From contig JAHHQT010000001.1 of assembly GCA_020026215.1 (NCBI GenBank), forward strand, positions 483 to 64,482: a DNA stretch of 64,000 nucleotides, given 5' to 3'. Below, piece after piece: positions 18,316 through 27,489 of this stretch. The DNA comes from Muribaculaceae bacterium. GTDB taxonomy: Bacteria; Bacteroidota; Bacteroidia; Bacteroidales; Muribaculaceae. Under the pieces are notes generated by a model. It worked only from the letters and a program-made list of their open reading frames with translations. It did not search any database and was not told where the DNA came from. How positions within the stretch are numbered: position 1 is the first letter of the stretch; each line of letters starts with the position of its first letter. The translations under genes were made by a program, and so were the position numbers.

Positions 18316-18323
18316 CAAAGGTA
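18316..18323 (-). promoter_or_regulatory. -7 promoter box (TACCTTTG on the minus strand)
   Basis: CAAAGGTA on the plus strand, 27 nt upstream of the ATG at 18289. Confidence 0.45.
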
Positions 18324-18446
18324 GATAATTTTTGTTCATGGCACTACCCCCCCTATAAAATATCTGTTTTTAAACAGATCGACTACAAAAAAAGATTTTT
18401 AGAGTAATCAGAACTAATAAATTTGTACAGAACAATCTTGATAAAA

Positions 18447-18478
18447 AAGGATAAGAAAAGAAATCTTCTCTTATCCTT
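18447..18478 (-). terminator. Rho-independent terminator of queA
   Basis: AAGGATAAGAAAAG pairs with CTTCTCTTATCCTT (13 of 14 bp). A T-run follows on the minus strand. Confidence 0.75.
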
Positions 18479-18530
18479 TATGCCAAATATTGAGATTACA
18501 ACCCTATCACTGCATGAAGGAATCTATATC

Positions 18531-19751
18531 TTACAAGAACAAGCAACTGTCACCATAACTTAGGAAACGGAAATCGTGATTCAATGCGAAGTCGTAGATT
18601 TCTTTCCACTTGCCTTCAACAAATGCTGACACCAACAAAAGCAAGGTGGATTGCGGTTGGTGGAAATTGGTGATGATACCGTCCACCACATGAAACTTAT
18701 AGCTTGGAGCAATGATAATTTGTGTACTACCCACCATCACGGTTTGATTGGTGGCATCCAAATAATTGACAATAGCCTGCAAAGCATCTTTGGTGGACAG
18801 GCTGTTATCATATTCATAAGGAATCCATTGTTCCACGTGTAACGCCTTTTCTGCATCTTCAGGATGATTGTGCAAGGAAACGCCGATATAATAAAGGCTC
18901 TCCAATGTACGGACTGAAGTCGTACCGACTGCAATAATTTTACCCTGAGCATTGATCAAGCCTTCCAACAATTCGCGTGTCACGGAAATAAATTCGGTGT
19001 GCATTTCGTGCTCGCCGATATTTTCCGATTTCACAGGTTGAAAAGTTCCTGCCCCTACATGCAACGTCAATTCACGACGGATAATGCCTCGTTTGTCCAC
19101 TTCGTTCAACACCTCGTCCGTGAAGTGCAATCCTGCGGTTGGAGCAGCTACCGAGCCGTCAATTTTTGAGAATACGGTTTGATAGTCGGTCAAGTCGGTT
19201 GGCTCTGTATTTCTGTTCAAATAGGGAGGAATAGGAATTTCACCGATAGCATCCAAAATAGAAGCAAATGACACATCGTCGTTGTCCCAAGAAAAACGTA
19301 CCACGAAAGCATTTCCGCTACGGCCGTCACGTTCGGCAGAAAGAATGATTTCCTTGCCCTCAACAGTAAGACGCATAAACAACGCGCCCGATTTCCAGCG
19401 TTTTGAGTTCCCCACGAAACACAACCATTCACATTCTGTAGTAGAAGCAAACGACTGTGCATAGTCGCGCGGAGCAAGAGGTTCAAGACAGAAAATTTCA
19501 ATCAATGCACCCCCTTCTGACTTGTGGAAACGCAAACGTGCATTAATCACGCGGGTATTATTATAGACCAAAGTCGATTTTGCAGGCAATAAGTCTGGGA
19601 TTTCAGAAAAAATATGTTCGGAAATTTCACCGTCTTTTCTCAACAATAATTTACACTTATCACGTTGTTCTAATGGGTGTTTAGCGATTCTTTCATCAGG
19701 AAGCGGATAGTTGAACTCTTCTATCTTTATATTCTTAACATCAAATTCCAT
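18531..19751 (-). CDS. queA: S-adenosylmethionine:tRNA ribosyltransferase-isomerase
   Basis: Blocks shared with E. coli QueA: NNTRVI, IPIPPYL, VAAPTAGLHFT, LHVGAGTFQPV, AVGTTSVR, TNFHQPQSTLL, FLSYGD. Confidence 0.92.
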   Translation of the reverse strand: MEFDVKNIKIEEFNYPLPDERIAKHPLEQRDKCKLLLRKDGEISEHIFSEIPDLLPAKSTLVYNNTRVINARLRFHKSEGGALIEIFCLEPLAPRDYAQSFASTTECEWLCFVGNSKRWKSGALFMRLTVEGKEIILSAERDGRSGNAFVVRFSWDNDDVSFASILDAIGEIPIPPYLNRNTEPTDLTDYQTVFSKIDGSVAAPTAGLHFTDEVLNEVDKRGIIRRELTLHVGAGTFQPVKSENIGEHEMHTEFISVTRELLEGLINAQGKIIAVGTTSVRTLESLYYIGVSLHNHPEDAEKALHVEQWIPYEYDNSLSTKDALQAIVNYLDATNQTVMVGSTQIIIAPSYKFHVVDGIITNFHQPQSTLLLLVSAFVEGKWKEIYDFALNHDFRFLSYGDSCLFL

Positions 19752-19898
19752 TTTCTCAAAATTTTTACAAAGATATATATTTCATTTCAAAAACAGGTAC
19801 ACTCTATTCCTCTGAACGAAATAAATACACATTTCGGGGAGCTCAAAATGCAATATCCATTGTATTTTGCCGTTATAATTAGATAACGTTTTAATAAA

Positions 19899-21326
19899 AT
19901 GAAAAAATTATTATTTACTATAAACTTACTCCTTTTGCTGTGTGTCACTTCGTGCATCGAAGACGGATTCACGACAAGCAGTTCCGACGTTTTGGAGTTT
20001 TCATCCGATACCATCAGCTTTGATACGGTTTTCACGGATGAAACCACTGCACAAAAACGTTTTTTGATCTACAACCGCCACAAAAAGCAATTGAACATCG
20101 AGAGCATGACCATTACCTCTCGCTATGAAGGTGCCAAATTCATCTTCAACGTGGACGGCCGTAGCGGTGAGGAATTTCACAACATCGAATTGCGAGGAGA
20201 AGACAGTATTTATGTATTTGTAAAAGTGCACATCGATGCCAACGAAAAGAACCCACCATTTGATGTTTACGGTGATTTGAGCTGTATTACCAATGGTGTG
20301 AAACAAAATGTGGTACTCTTTGCGGCAGGACAAAATGCCGTGACTCTACGCGATATGCACATCACCAAAGATACGGAATTCGACACCCAACGTCCGTACC
20401 GCATTATGGACAGTTTGGTTGTGGAAAAGGGAGCGACACTAACTATCCCTGCCGGGGTTAGCCTGTATTTTCACGACAAGGCTAAAATGAAAGTCGAAGG
20501 GACATTGAAGGCTCTTGGTTCAAAAGACAAATTCATTCATCTGCGTGCAGACCGTCTGGACAAGGTGGTAGGCGGCATTCCGTTTGAACTGATGGCAAGT
20601 CAATGGAACGGCGTGTTCATCGGCAAAGACAGTTATGACAATGAAATGCAATATGTGAATATGCGCGGTACATCATCCGGGGTGGTGGTGGACTCTTGCG
20701 GCAATTTGGAGCAACGCAAACTGCACTTGTTCAACTCTATTCTTCACAATTCATCATCTTCAGTCTTGAATGCCAAGCATGTATGGATTGACGCTGAAGG
20801 ATGCGAATTCTCCGATTCACACTTCGGCGTGGTTGACTTGACAGGTGGTATCTTCAATTTCAAGAATTGCACATTTGCCAACTACTATCTGTTTGATGCC
20901 ATAACACACCCTATTCTGTATATCAACTATGTACTTCCCGACGACAAGAAGGAAGCGCCTTTGATGTCAGCCCGATTCGACAACTCCATCATTTATGGCA
21001 ATGCATCGTCTATCTCCATTGGAGACTTGACAGGCTCTGATGTGTTGGTTCGTTACTGTCTGATGCGCGAAAAGGGGGAAGACGACGATAATTTCCAAAA
21101 TTGTATATGGGGTGCTGACCCTCACTATTACACCATTCGCGAAGAATATATCTTCGACTACCGTGTGAAGGACAAGAGTGATGCAAGGGGCAAAGGCTCA
21201 AAAGAACTGACACCCGAAAATGCACGTTTCGATATGTTCGGTCTTGACCGCATGGCAAACGATTCTATCGACATCGGTGCTTATGTCTGGACTCCCGAAC
21301 CTAAAGAAGAGGAGGAAAAGAAATGA
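19899..21326 (+). CDS. Lipoprotein of unknown function
   Basis: Lipoprotein signal MKKLLFTINLLLLLCVTSC followed by IEDG. 475 aa with an acidic tail (PEPKEEEEKK) and no catalytic motif recognised. Its stop overlaps the folB start (ATGA at 21323..21326). Confidence 0.7.
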   Translation: MKKLLFTINLLLLLCVTSCIEDGFTTSSSDVLEFSSDTISFDTVFTDETTAQKRFLIYNRHKKQLNIESMTITSRYEGAKFIFNVDGRSGEEFHNIELRGEDSIYVFVKVHIDANEKNPPFDVYGDLSCITNGVKQNVVLFAAGQNAVTLRDMHITKDTEFDTQRPYRIMDSLVVEKGATLTIPAGVSLYFHDKAKMKVEGTLKALGSKDKFIHLRADRLDKVVGGIPFELMASQWNGVFIGKDSYDNEMQYVNMRGTSSGVVVDSCGNLEQRKLHLFNSILHNSSSSVLNAKHVWIDAEGCEFSDSHFGVVDLTGGIFNFKNCTFANYYLFDAITHPILYINYVLPDDKKEAPLMSARFDNSIIYGNASSISIGDLTGSDVLVRYCLMREKGEDDDNFQNCIWGADPHYYTIREEYIFDYRVKDKSDARGKGSKELTPENARFDMFGLDRMANDSIDIGAYVWTPEPKEEEEKK

Positions 21327-21676
21327 AATCATATATCAGCCTTGAAGACGTACGTTTTTACGCCTATCATGGTGCATACGAACAGGAACAATGTGTCGGC
21401 AACTGGTTTGAAGTAACCGTCAGAGTACAATACGACTTTACGGATGCCATGGATACCGACAATCTGGAAGGTACAATCGACTATGGCCAAATTTATGATT
21501 TGGTCAAGGCAGAAATGGATATTCCATCCAAATTGATAGAACACGTAGCAGGAAGAATTGTCAAGTCTTTACGAAGAACTTTCCCTGAAATCAAATCGGG
21601 CTATCTGAAAGTTTCAAAAATGAAACCGCCCATCAATGCACCGATGCACTGTGCCGCCGTTGAAGTGGAATGGTAG
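21323..21676 (+). CDS. folB: Dihydroneopterin aldolase
   Basis: 117 aa. FolB-type T-fold pattern: VRFYAYHGAYEQEQCVGNWFEVTV, then TIDYGQIYDLV. Confidence 0.82.
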   Translation: MKSYISLEDVRFYAYHGAYEQEQCVGNWFEVTVRVQYDFTDAMDTDNLEGTIDYGQIYDLVKAEMDIPSKLIEHVAGRIVKSLRRTFPEIKSGYLKVSKMKPPINAPMHCAAVEVEW

Positions 21677-21678
21677 GT

Positions 21679-22563
21679 CTATGACAAGACAGTTGCCACC
21701 AACAATAACAAAGAATAAATCAGCATATTTTTAGCCGTTGCACCCAACAAGGCATTGAGTGCACTACCTTCGGTATGCTTGATTTTATACCAAGTTTTAG
21801 TGTGCAGAATGGCGTAAATCAACGGAGCGACAATGAAATACCAAGCCTGCGACCAAACGCTGAATGTCAAGGCAATTGCAGCATAGCCGAACAGCAAATA
21901 AGCCACCATTGCCACCTTACGGCCAAATATCACTACCGTTGTGGTTTTTCCGGCAGACTTGTCATCCTCCATATCACGGTAGTTATTGACCACCAATACA
22001 TTCACACCCATCAAACCAACTGCAATCGAACCGCAAATCACTTCTGCGGTCAAATTCCCGGTTTGCAAAAAATAGGTGAAACATACAGGAACTAACCCGA
22101 AGAAAATCAACACCGCCACATCTCCCAATCCAATGCGTGACAACGGATAAGGGCCGGCACTGTACGCCAACGAAAAGACGGCAATCACCAAACCGACAGG
22201 AATCAGTTGCCAACCGCCAAAAGGAATCAAACCGCAACCTACACAACAAGCCAAACCAAGTGTGGCGAAAGTGGCAATTTTCATGGCTTTTGCCGAAATA
22301 TCACCTTCCGTCACCCCTCTGCGAAAACCTTCACGCCCCTTCTTGTCAGAGCCGTTTTTGTAATCATAGTATTCATTGGCGAAGTTGGACGTGATTTGCG
22401 CCAACAAGGCAAAAACACAACAAAGCACGGCCGGCACCACTGAAAAGCCACTGTCTTTTGCCGCATAACCACAAGCCACCACTGCTCCTGCCACAGAGAC
22501 AGGAAGAGTATGCAATCGCATGGCTTCAATCCAACATTTCAACTGATGTGTAGTATTGTTCAT
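21679..22563 (-). CDS. menA: 1,4-dihydroxy-2-naphthoate polyprenyltransferase (UbiA family)
   Basis: 294 aa polytopic membrane protein. Asp-rich blocks NEYYDYKNGSD and NNYRDMEDD are spaced as in MenA. Confidence 0.8.
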   Translation of the reverse strand: MNNTTHQLKCWIEAMRLHTLPVSVAGAVVACGYAAKDSGFSVVPAVLCCVFALLAQITSNFANEYYDYKNGSDKKGREGFRRGVTEGDISAKAMKIATFATLGLACCVGCGLIPFGGWQLIPVGLVIAVFSLAYSAGPYPLSRIGLGDVAVLIFFGLVPVCFTYFLQTGNLTAEVICGSIAVGLMGVNVLVVNNYRDMEDDKSAGKTTTVVIFGRKVAMVAYLLFGYAAIALTFSVWSQAWYFIVAPLIYAILHTKTWYKIKHTEGSALNALLGATAKNMLIYSLLLLVATVLS

Positions 22564-22575
22564 TTCCTCAATTTT

Positions 22576-23367
22576 TTATTTATAGAAGGCTGTAAACGTA
22601 TGGCACGATACCCGTTCTTCTATCGGAGGTAATTGCATATAATCACCGAAAATCTTGCGTTGCCATTCGTCATAGCAACTCGGTGCCATCACCTTACGAC
22701 CTTCAAAGTCCATTTCAATTCCGGGATAAAAAGATTCGCGAGGCATACGACGGTCAGACAACCCAAAGTTCAAGTCAGCCACATATTGGCTCTTTTCGTA
22801 AGGATACTTCAGTTGCGCTTTCATAATCTTTTTCACCAGACATCGCTGGGAAATGAAAGACAGCATCAGTTTGCCCAAATAGTGCGCCGCATTCTTTACA
22901 AAGCCTCTGCTTTTCGACAACTTGATTTGCTTGATACGCAACAAAAAACGCAATCGGTCGATTTTCCTGCAATGCTTTTCCGCATCTTCCGCATCATCGG
23001 GAAGACCGTCCAAGGCAAAAATATCCACATTCACGCCCATCATGTATTTCAAATCCTGATTTTCATTCAACAACGTTGCCGTATCTTCCACTTTCGCATA
23101 AGGGAAAGGATAGTTCTTGTCGTTCAACAATGACACGACACGGAATTTATCAGACTTGTATTCACGGATAAATTGGTCGTAATCAGGGCGTGGCATAGCA
23201 ATATCAATATCGTCATCCCAAGGGATAAACCCTTTGTGTCGAACTGCACCAATCAATGTTCCATAAGCAATGAAGTAGTGAATCCCATTCTTACGACAAT
23301 AAGCGTCAATGTCATCGAGGATATTGACCTGAATATGACGCAGTTCGTTTAAATCTATCTTTTTCAT
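22576..23367 (-). CDS. LicD-family phosphotransferase (phosphocholine or related head-group transfer to glycans)
   Basis: Core YFIAYGTLIGAVRHKGFIPWDDDIDIAMPRPDY is typical of LicD. The ATG at 23367 (MKKIDLNELR) is preferred over the track's longer ORF. It lies 13 nt upstream of menA. Confidence 0.82.
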   Translation of the reverse strand: MKKIDLNELRHIQVNILDDIDAYCRKNGIHYFIAYGTLIGAVRHKGFIPWDDDIDIAMPRPDYDQFIREYKSDKFRVVSLLNDKNYPFPYAKVEDTATLLNENQDLKYMMGVNVDIFALDGLPDDAEDAEKHCRKIDRLRFLLRIKQIKLSKSRGFVKNAAHYLGKLMLSFISQRCLVKKIMKAQLKYPYEKSQYVADLNFGLSDRRMPRESFYPGIEMDFEGRKVMAPSCYDEWQRKIFGDYMQLPPIEERVSCHTFTAFYK

Positions 23368-23486
23368 TAAATTGTGAGTGTTAATTCCAGATAACAGGGA
23401 TTGAATACCCCTATCCAAACTACAAAGATAGACATATTTATTGATTGTTGGTACACGATTTATACCAAGTATTCCATAAATTTCCG

Positions 23487-23951
23487 TTATGTATGCACTT
23501 CGAGAGTTTTACATCTGCCGGATTCCAGACGGAATGTACCAGCCGCCCATTGACCAGACCACAAAGAATCCAAATAGATGTGGTATTTTCCGGGTACAAT
23601 ACGGTCAGTGGAGAACACCACATCAACAGTCTGCTGATTTAGCACCGCATCCCTGTCTGCCACCAGTTTTTCACTGATTTTTATATCTTTTCCTATCACC
23701 GTAATCGCATAGTTCAATTCGCATTGAAGGGTGTTGAGAAACACACCGCGACGCACGATGGTCAAGTTTCGTTCATCGTCATATTTCAGTTCGATGGACG
23801 GCTCACTGTCAGAAAGTAACATAAATCCGTGGGCAAAGAAAGTCTGCGCTTCCCCCTTGTCGTTAGGGTGCATGAAAAAGGCCACTATCACCATGGCGAT
23901 AGCGAACGAAAAGATATAGAATTCAACGGAAGTGAAAATAGAAAGCACCAT
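23487..23951 (-). CDS. Membrane-anchored hypothetical protein
   Basis: 154 aa. N-terminal TM helix (VEFYIFSFAIAMVIVAFF) followed by a beta-rich soluble domain. A -7 box lies 20 nt upstream. Confidence 0.55.
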   Translation of the reverse strand: MVLSIFTSVEFYIFSFAIAMVIVAFFMHPNDKGEAQTFFAHGFMLLSDSEPSIELKYDDERNLTIVRRGVFLNTLQCELNYAITVIGKDIKISEKLVADRDAVLNQQTVDVVFSTDRIVPGKYHIYLDSLWSGQWAAGTFRLESGRCKTLEVHT

Positions 23952-23970
23952 AACTGATTTATATTTCCGG

Positions 23971-23978
23971 CAAATGTA
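23971..23978 (-). promoter_or_regulatory. -7 promoter box (TACATTTG on the minus strand)
   Basis: CAAATGTA on the plus strand, 20 nt upstream of the ATG at 23951. Confidence 0.4.
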
Positions 23979-24031
23979 GTCAAAATACGCAATTTTCGGA
24001 AAATCTAATTGAAAATATGGCCAAAATAGAG

Positions 24032-24039
24032 TAAATTTG
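24032..24039 (+). promoter_or_regulatory. -7 promoter box TAAATTTG immediately upstream of recF
   Basis: Only 4 nt separate the box from the recF ATG at 24044. This implies a leaderless or near-leaderless mRNA if the box is used. Confidence 0.35.
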
Positions 24040-24043
24040 CGAT

Positions 24044-25150
24044 ATGATACTTAATAGTTTCTCAATACTAAATTACAAGAACATCGCAGAAGCGTCGTTG
24101 TCGTTCTCAGAGAAGGTTAATTGTCTGTTAGGCAATAACGGAATGGGCAAAACGAACATTCTCGATGCCATTTATTATTTAAGTTTTTGCAGGAGCTGTA
24201 TCTCGTCGAACGACCTCAACACAGTACGTCACGGCGAGGACTACATGATGTTGCAAGGCGAATACTTGAGAAACGAAAAAGTAGAAAACATTTCGTGCTC
24301 CATTCTCAAATCGAAGAAGAAGGTGATGAAGCGAAATGGTAAAGAGTACCGCAAACTGAGTGAACATATCGGATTGCTTCCGTTAGTGATGGTTTCACCG
24401 CAAGACTGGGACATGATTACAGGCGGCAGCGAGGAACGTCGCAGACTGATTGACCGCATTATCTCGCAAAACGACACCGAGTATCTCAACAATCTGATTC
24501 GCTACAACAAGGCTTTGGAACAACGCAACGCCATGCTCAAACAAGGATACCAAGACCAGTTACTCTTTGAATCTGTGGATGAACTTATCTCCATTTCCGC
24601 ACAAAATATTTATGAGACAAGAAAGGACTGGGTGCTGAAATTCACTCCTATCTTCATGAAATATTACAATACCATCGGTAATTGTGCAGAAGAAGTGAGA
24701 CTGAACTATAAAAGCGACTTGATGCAAGGCGACATGCTTGGAATCTTGAAGGCCAATTTCGAACGCGACAAGATTTTGGGCTACACTTCACAAGGGGTGC
24801 ACCGCGATGACATAGACCTGCTGCTCAACGATGAACTGATGCGTAAAATCGGTTCGCAAGGGCAATGCAAGACCTACACTATCGCCATGCGTTTTGCACA
24901 GTACGAATTTTTGAAACAGGAATCAGGCATTACCCCTATCCTGCTTTTGGACGATATATTTGACAAGTTGGATGCCATACGCGTGTCGAACATCATGAAG
25001 ATTGTTTCAGACTCCTCATTCGGTCAGATTTTCATTTCCGACACCAACCGTCAGCATATCAACGAAATTATAGAAACAATCGGGAGCGTTTTCAAGATTT
25101 TTTTGGTCGAAGAAGGTTGTTGCAAAGAATATACTCACGATGAAATATAA
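24044..25150 (+). CDS. recF: DNA replication and repair protein RecF
   Basis: Walker A GNNGMGKTNILDAIYYL and Walker B region PILLLDDIFDKLD. Length and N-terminus (MILNSFSILNYKNI) are as in RecF. Confidence 0.93.
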   Translation: MILNSFSILNYKNIAEASLSFSEKVNCLLGNNGMGKTNILDAIYYLSFCRSCISSNDLNTVRHGEDYMMLQGEYLRNEKVENISCSILKSKKKVMKRNGKEYRKLSEHIGLLPLVMVSPQDWDMITGGSEERRRLIDRIISQNDTEYLNNLIRYNKALEQRNAMLKQGYQDQLLFESVDELISISAQNIYETRKDWVLKFTPIFMKYYNTIGNCAEEVRLNYKSDLMQGDMLGILKANFERDKILGYTSQGVHRDDIDLLLNDELMRKIGSQGQCKTYTIAMRFAQYEFLKQESGITPILLLDDIFDKLDAIRVSNIMKIVSDSSFGQIFISDTNRQHINEIIETIGSVFKIFLVEEGCCKEYTHDEI

Positions 25151-25430
25151 AGACGCGAAATCCATTGGTGAAATCATGTCGGAATATCTCAACGCCAGCC
25201 GACTTGACGACGTGGCAAATGCACGCCGTCTGGAATCGATGTGGGGTGAAATCGTGGGAGATTACATCAATCGACAGACAACTAATCGATTTGTAAAAGA
25301 TAGAAAACTATATGTGGCTATTTCATCAGCCCCTTTGCGCAATGAATTGATGCTTAACCGTGCCGCTTTGGTGGTGCGATTAAACGAAATCACAGGCGCA
25401 AATGTTATTGATGATATAGTGTTTAGATAA
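25140..25430 (+). CDS. DUF721-type small protein commonly found after recF
   Basis: 96 aa and overlaps the recF stop by 11 nt. The pattern W..IVG......T....VKD..L.V...S......L is as in DUF721 proteins. Confidence 0.7.
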   Translation: MKYKDAKSIGEIMSEYLNASRLDDVANARRLESMWGEIVGDYINRQTTNRFVKDRKLYVAISSAPLRNELMLNRAALVVRLNEITGANVIDDIVFR

Positions 25431-25440
25431 ATTTATAATC

Positions 25441-25917
25441 ATGATTAAAGAAGACAAATCTTTAAAATATGGCGAAGTTCCCGCCTATCGTCATTCCATT
25501 CCGATTCAAATCAGATTCAATGACGTGGATATTTTGGGACATATAAACAATTCCGTTTATTTCTCTTACTACGATTTGGGCAAGACTGCCTATTTCAGAA
25601 CTGTTCGCAAAGATTTGAGCAACTGGAACAAAATTGATGTTGTGATTGCTAACGTAAACTGCAACTTCTATGCTCCAATATTCTTCGGCGAACCGATTTC
25701 TGTCATCACTTGCGTGGAATCGATTAAAGAAAAAAGTTTCAAGATGAGTCAACGTCTGGTCAACTTGGTCACCAAGGAAGTGAAAAGCGAATGTACAACC
25801 ACCATGGTAGGCTTTGATCCTGTTTCTCAAACTGCAGCCCGACTTTCAGAAAAATGGGTTAAGGCTCTTTGCGAATACGAAGGCAGAAACCTATTGGAAG
25901 CGAACAAAGAAAAATAA
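25441..25917 (+). CDS. Acyl-CoA thioesterase, 4HBT/YbgC hot-dog family
   Basis: N-terminal block IQIRFNDVDILGHINNSVY (catalytic Asp region). 158 aa. Confidence 0.8.
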   Translation: MIKEDKSLKYGEVPAYRHSIPIQIRFNDVDILGHINNSVYFSYYDLGKTAYFRTVRKDLSNWNKIDVVIANVNCNFYAPIFFGEPISVITCVESIKEKSFKMSQRLVNLVTKEVKSECTTTMVGFDPVSQTAARLSEKWVKALCEYEGRNLLEANKEK

Positions 25918-25956
25918 AAACTCCCTTAATTATATTTACACAAATATTACAACATA

Positions 25957-26565
25957 ATGACTGATATTCAAAAAACGATGTGCGACATCCTTGAAGCGGA
26001 AAGCAAAGCTGTAGCTTCTATTCCGTACACAGAAGATTATAATCGTGCCGTAGAATTAATAGTGGACCAAGTTTGGAACAAACATGGCAAACTAATCACT
26101 TCAGGAATGGGAAAAGCCGGACAAATTGCAATGAATATTGCCACAACTTTCTCTTCGACAGGCATTCCTTCTGTATTCCTACACCCGAGTGAGGCTCAAC
26201 ACGGGGATTTGGGAATCATTCAAGAAAATGATGCGATGTTGCTACTATCGAATTCCGGAAAGACCCGCGAAATCATTGAATTGGTTTCATTGGCAAAGAA
26301 CATGAACCCTAATTTGGAAATCATCGTTCTTACCGGAAATAAAGACAGTGAATTGGCTAAAATTTCTGACGCTTGCCTATGGACCGGCAATGCTTCTGAA
26401 GTTTGTCCTTTGGGTTTGACACCAACTACATCAACTACATTAATGACCGTTATCGGCGACATTTTGGTAGTCAACGTAATGAGAACAACAGGATTTACTA
26501 AAGAAATGTACGCTATGCGACACCACGGAGGCTATCTTGGCAAAGTGAGTCGCGGCGAAAAATAG
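25957..26565 (+). CDS. Single-SIS-domain sugar-phosphate isomerase, KpsF/KdsD-like (likely arabinose-5-phosphate isomerase lacking CBS domains)
   Basis: SGMGKAGQIAMNIATTFSSTGIPSVFLHPSEAQHGDLG and LLLSNSGKTREI match the KdsD/KpsF SIS core. The protein ends at 202 aa with no CBS pair. Confidence 0.7.
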   Translation: MTDIQKTMCDILEAESKAVASIPYTEDYNRAVELIVDQVWNKHGKLITSGMGKAGQIAMNIATTFSSTGIPSVFLHPSEAQHGDLGIIQENDAMLLLSNSGKTREIIELVSLAKNMNPNLEIIVLTGNKDSELAKISDACLWTGNASEVCPLGLTPTTSTTLMTVIGDILVVNVMRTTGFTKEMYAMRHHGGYLGKVSRGEK

Positions 26566-26575
26566 AGATATTGAT

Positions 26576-27484
26576 ATGAGTAACGTGATAGCCATAGGAC
26601 AAGCAACTTTGGCTCTTAACTACAAGGGCGGCAACGTCACCCCTTATGTGGGCGGACGCATTGCCAACATAGCGGCTTCTTTAGGCGTAGCAGGACTGGA
26701 TGTTAATTATGTTAGCGAATGCGGAAACGACGCAATCGGTGACGTGATTGTCGATTTCTTCAAGAAGAACAATGTAGAGACCAAATCAATTGACCGTTTC
26801 ATCGACGGACAATCGCAGATGACTTTGCATTTCTTCAACGAAAACGGAGAAGAGAAAGTTTCCGACTATGTCAATTATCCGAAAACTCGTTTCAATGTTC
26901 TTTGGCCAACTATAAACAAAAACGATATTGTTGTATTCGGCTCTTTCTTTGCCCTGGACGAAAATATCCACCAGCAACTCATCGAACTATTGACGTTTGC
27001 TCGCGAAAGAAAGGCCATTATAGTATATTTACCGGGGTTCAACCCTCGCTTGTGCAGTAGAATTACCCGTGTGATGCCTGCTATCCTTGAGAATTTGGAA
27101 TTGTCCGACATCGTGATTGCCCGTGAAATGGATATGGAAAATATATTCAATGTCAAAGAAGCCCAAGAGGCTTACGACAAACATATCTCTTTCTACTGCA
27201 AGAACTTTGTTTTTGTCAATAGAAACTTTGATGTCAGCATGCATTTGAACGACCAGAGCATCAGCTACACCAACAACAGTCAGGAACATCCTATCGGATG
27301 GAACGCGGCTTTCTGTGCAGGACTGATTTACGGTATTTCTTCGCAAAACATCACTTTGGATGACTTGAAAAAAGGAACAGACCTTGACAAGGCATCAAAG
27401 TTTGCTTTGGACTTTGCCAATAAGGGACTTTCCGACCACTCAAATGTTGTGTCTAAAGAATTTATCAATAGTCTAAAATTTTAG
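26576..27484 (+). CDS. PfkB/ribokinase-fold protein with degenerate second signature
   Basis: PfkB signature 1 is present (GGRIANIAASLG). Where DTxGAGDxF is expected the sequence reads HPIGWNAAFCAGLIYG, so the catalytic Asp is not evident. Confidence 0.7.
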   Translation: MSNVIAIGQATLALNYKGGNVTPYVGGRIANIAASLGVAGLDVNYVSECGNDAIGDVIVDFFKKNNVETKSIDRFIDGQSQMTLHFFNENGEEKVSDYVNYPKTRFNVLWPTINKNDIVVFGSFFALDENIHQQLIELLTFARERKAIIVYLPGFNPRLCSRITRVMPAILENLELSDIVIAREMDMENIFNVKEAQEAYDKHISFYCKNFVFVNRNFDVSMHLNDQSISYTNNSQEHPIGWNAAFCAGLIYGISSQNITLDDLKKGTDLDKASKFALDFANKGLSDHSNVVSKEFINSLKF

Positions 27485-27489
27485 TTACT

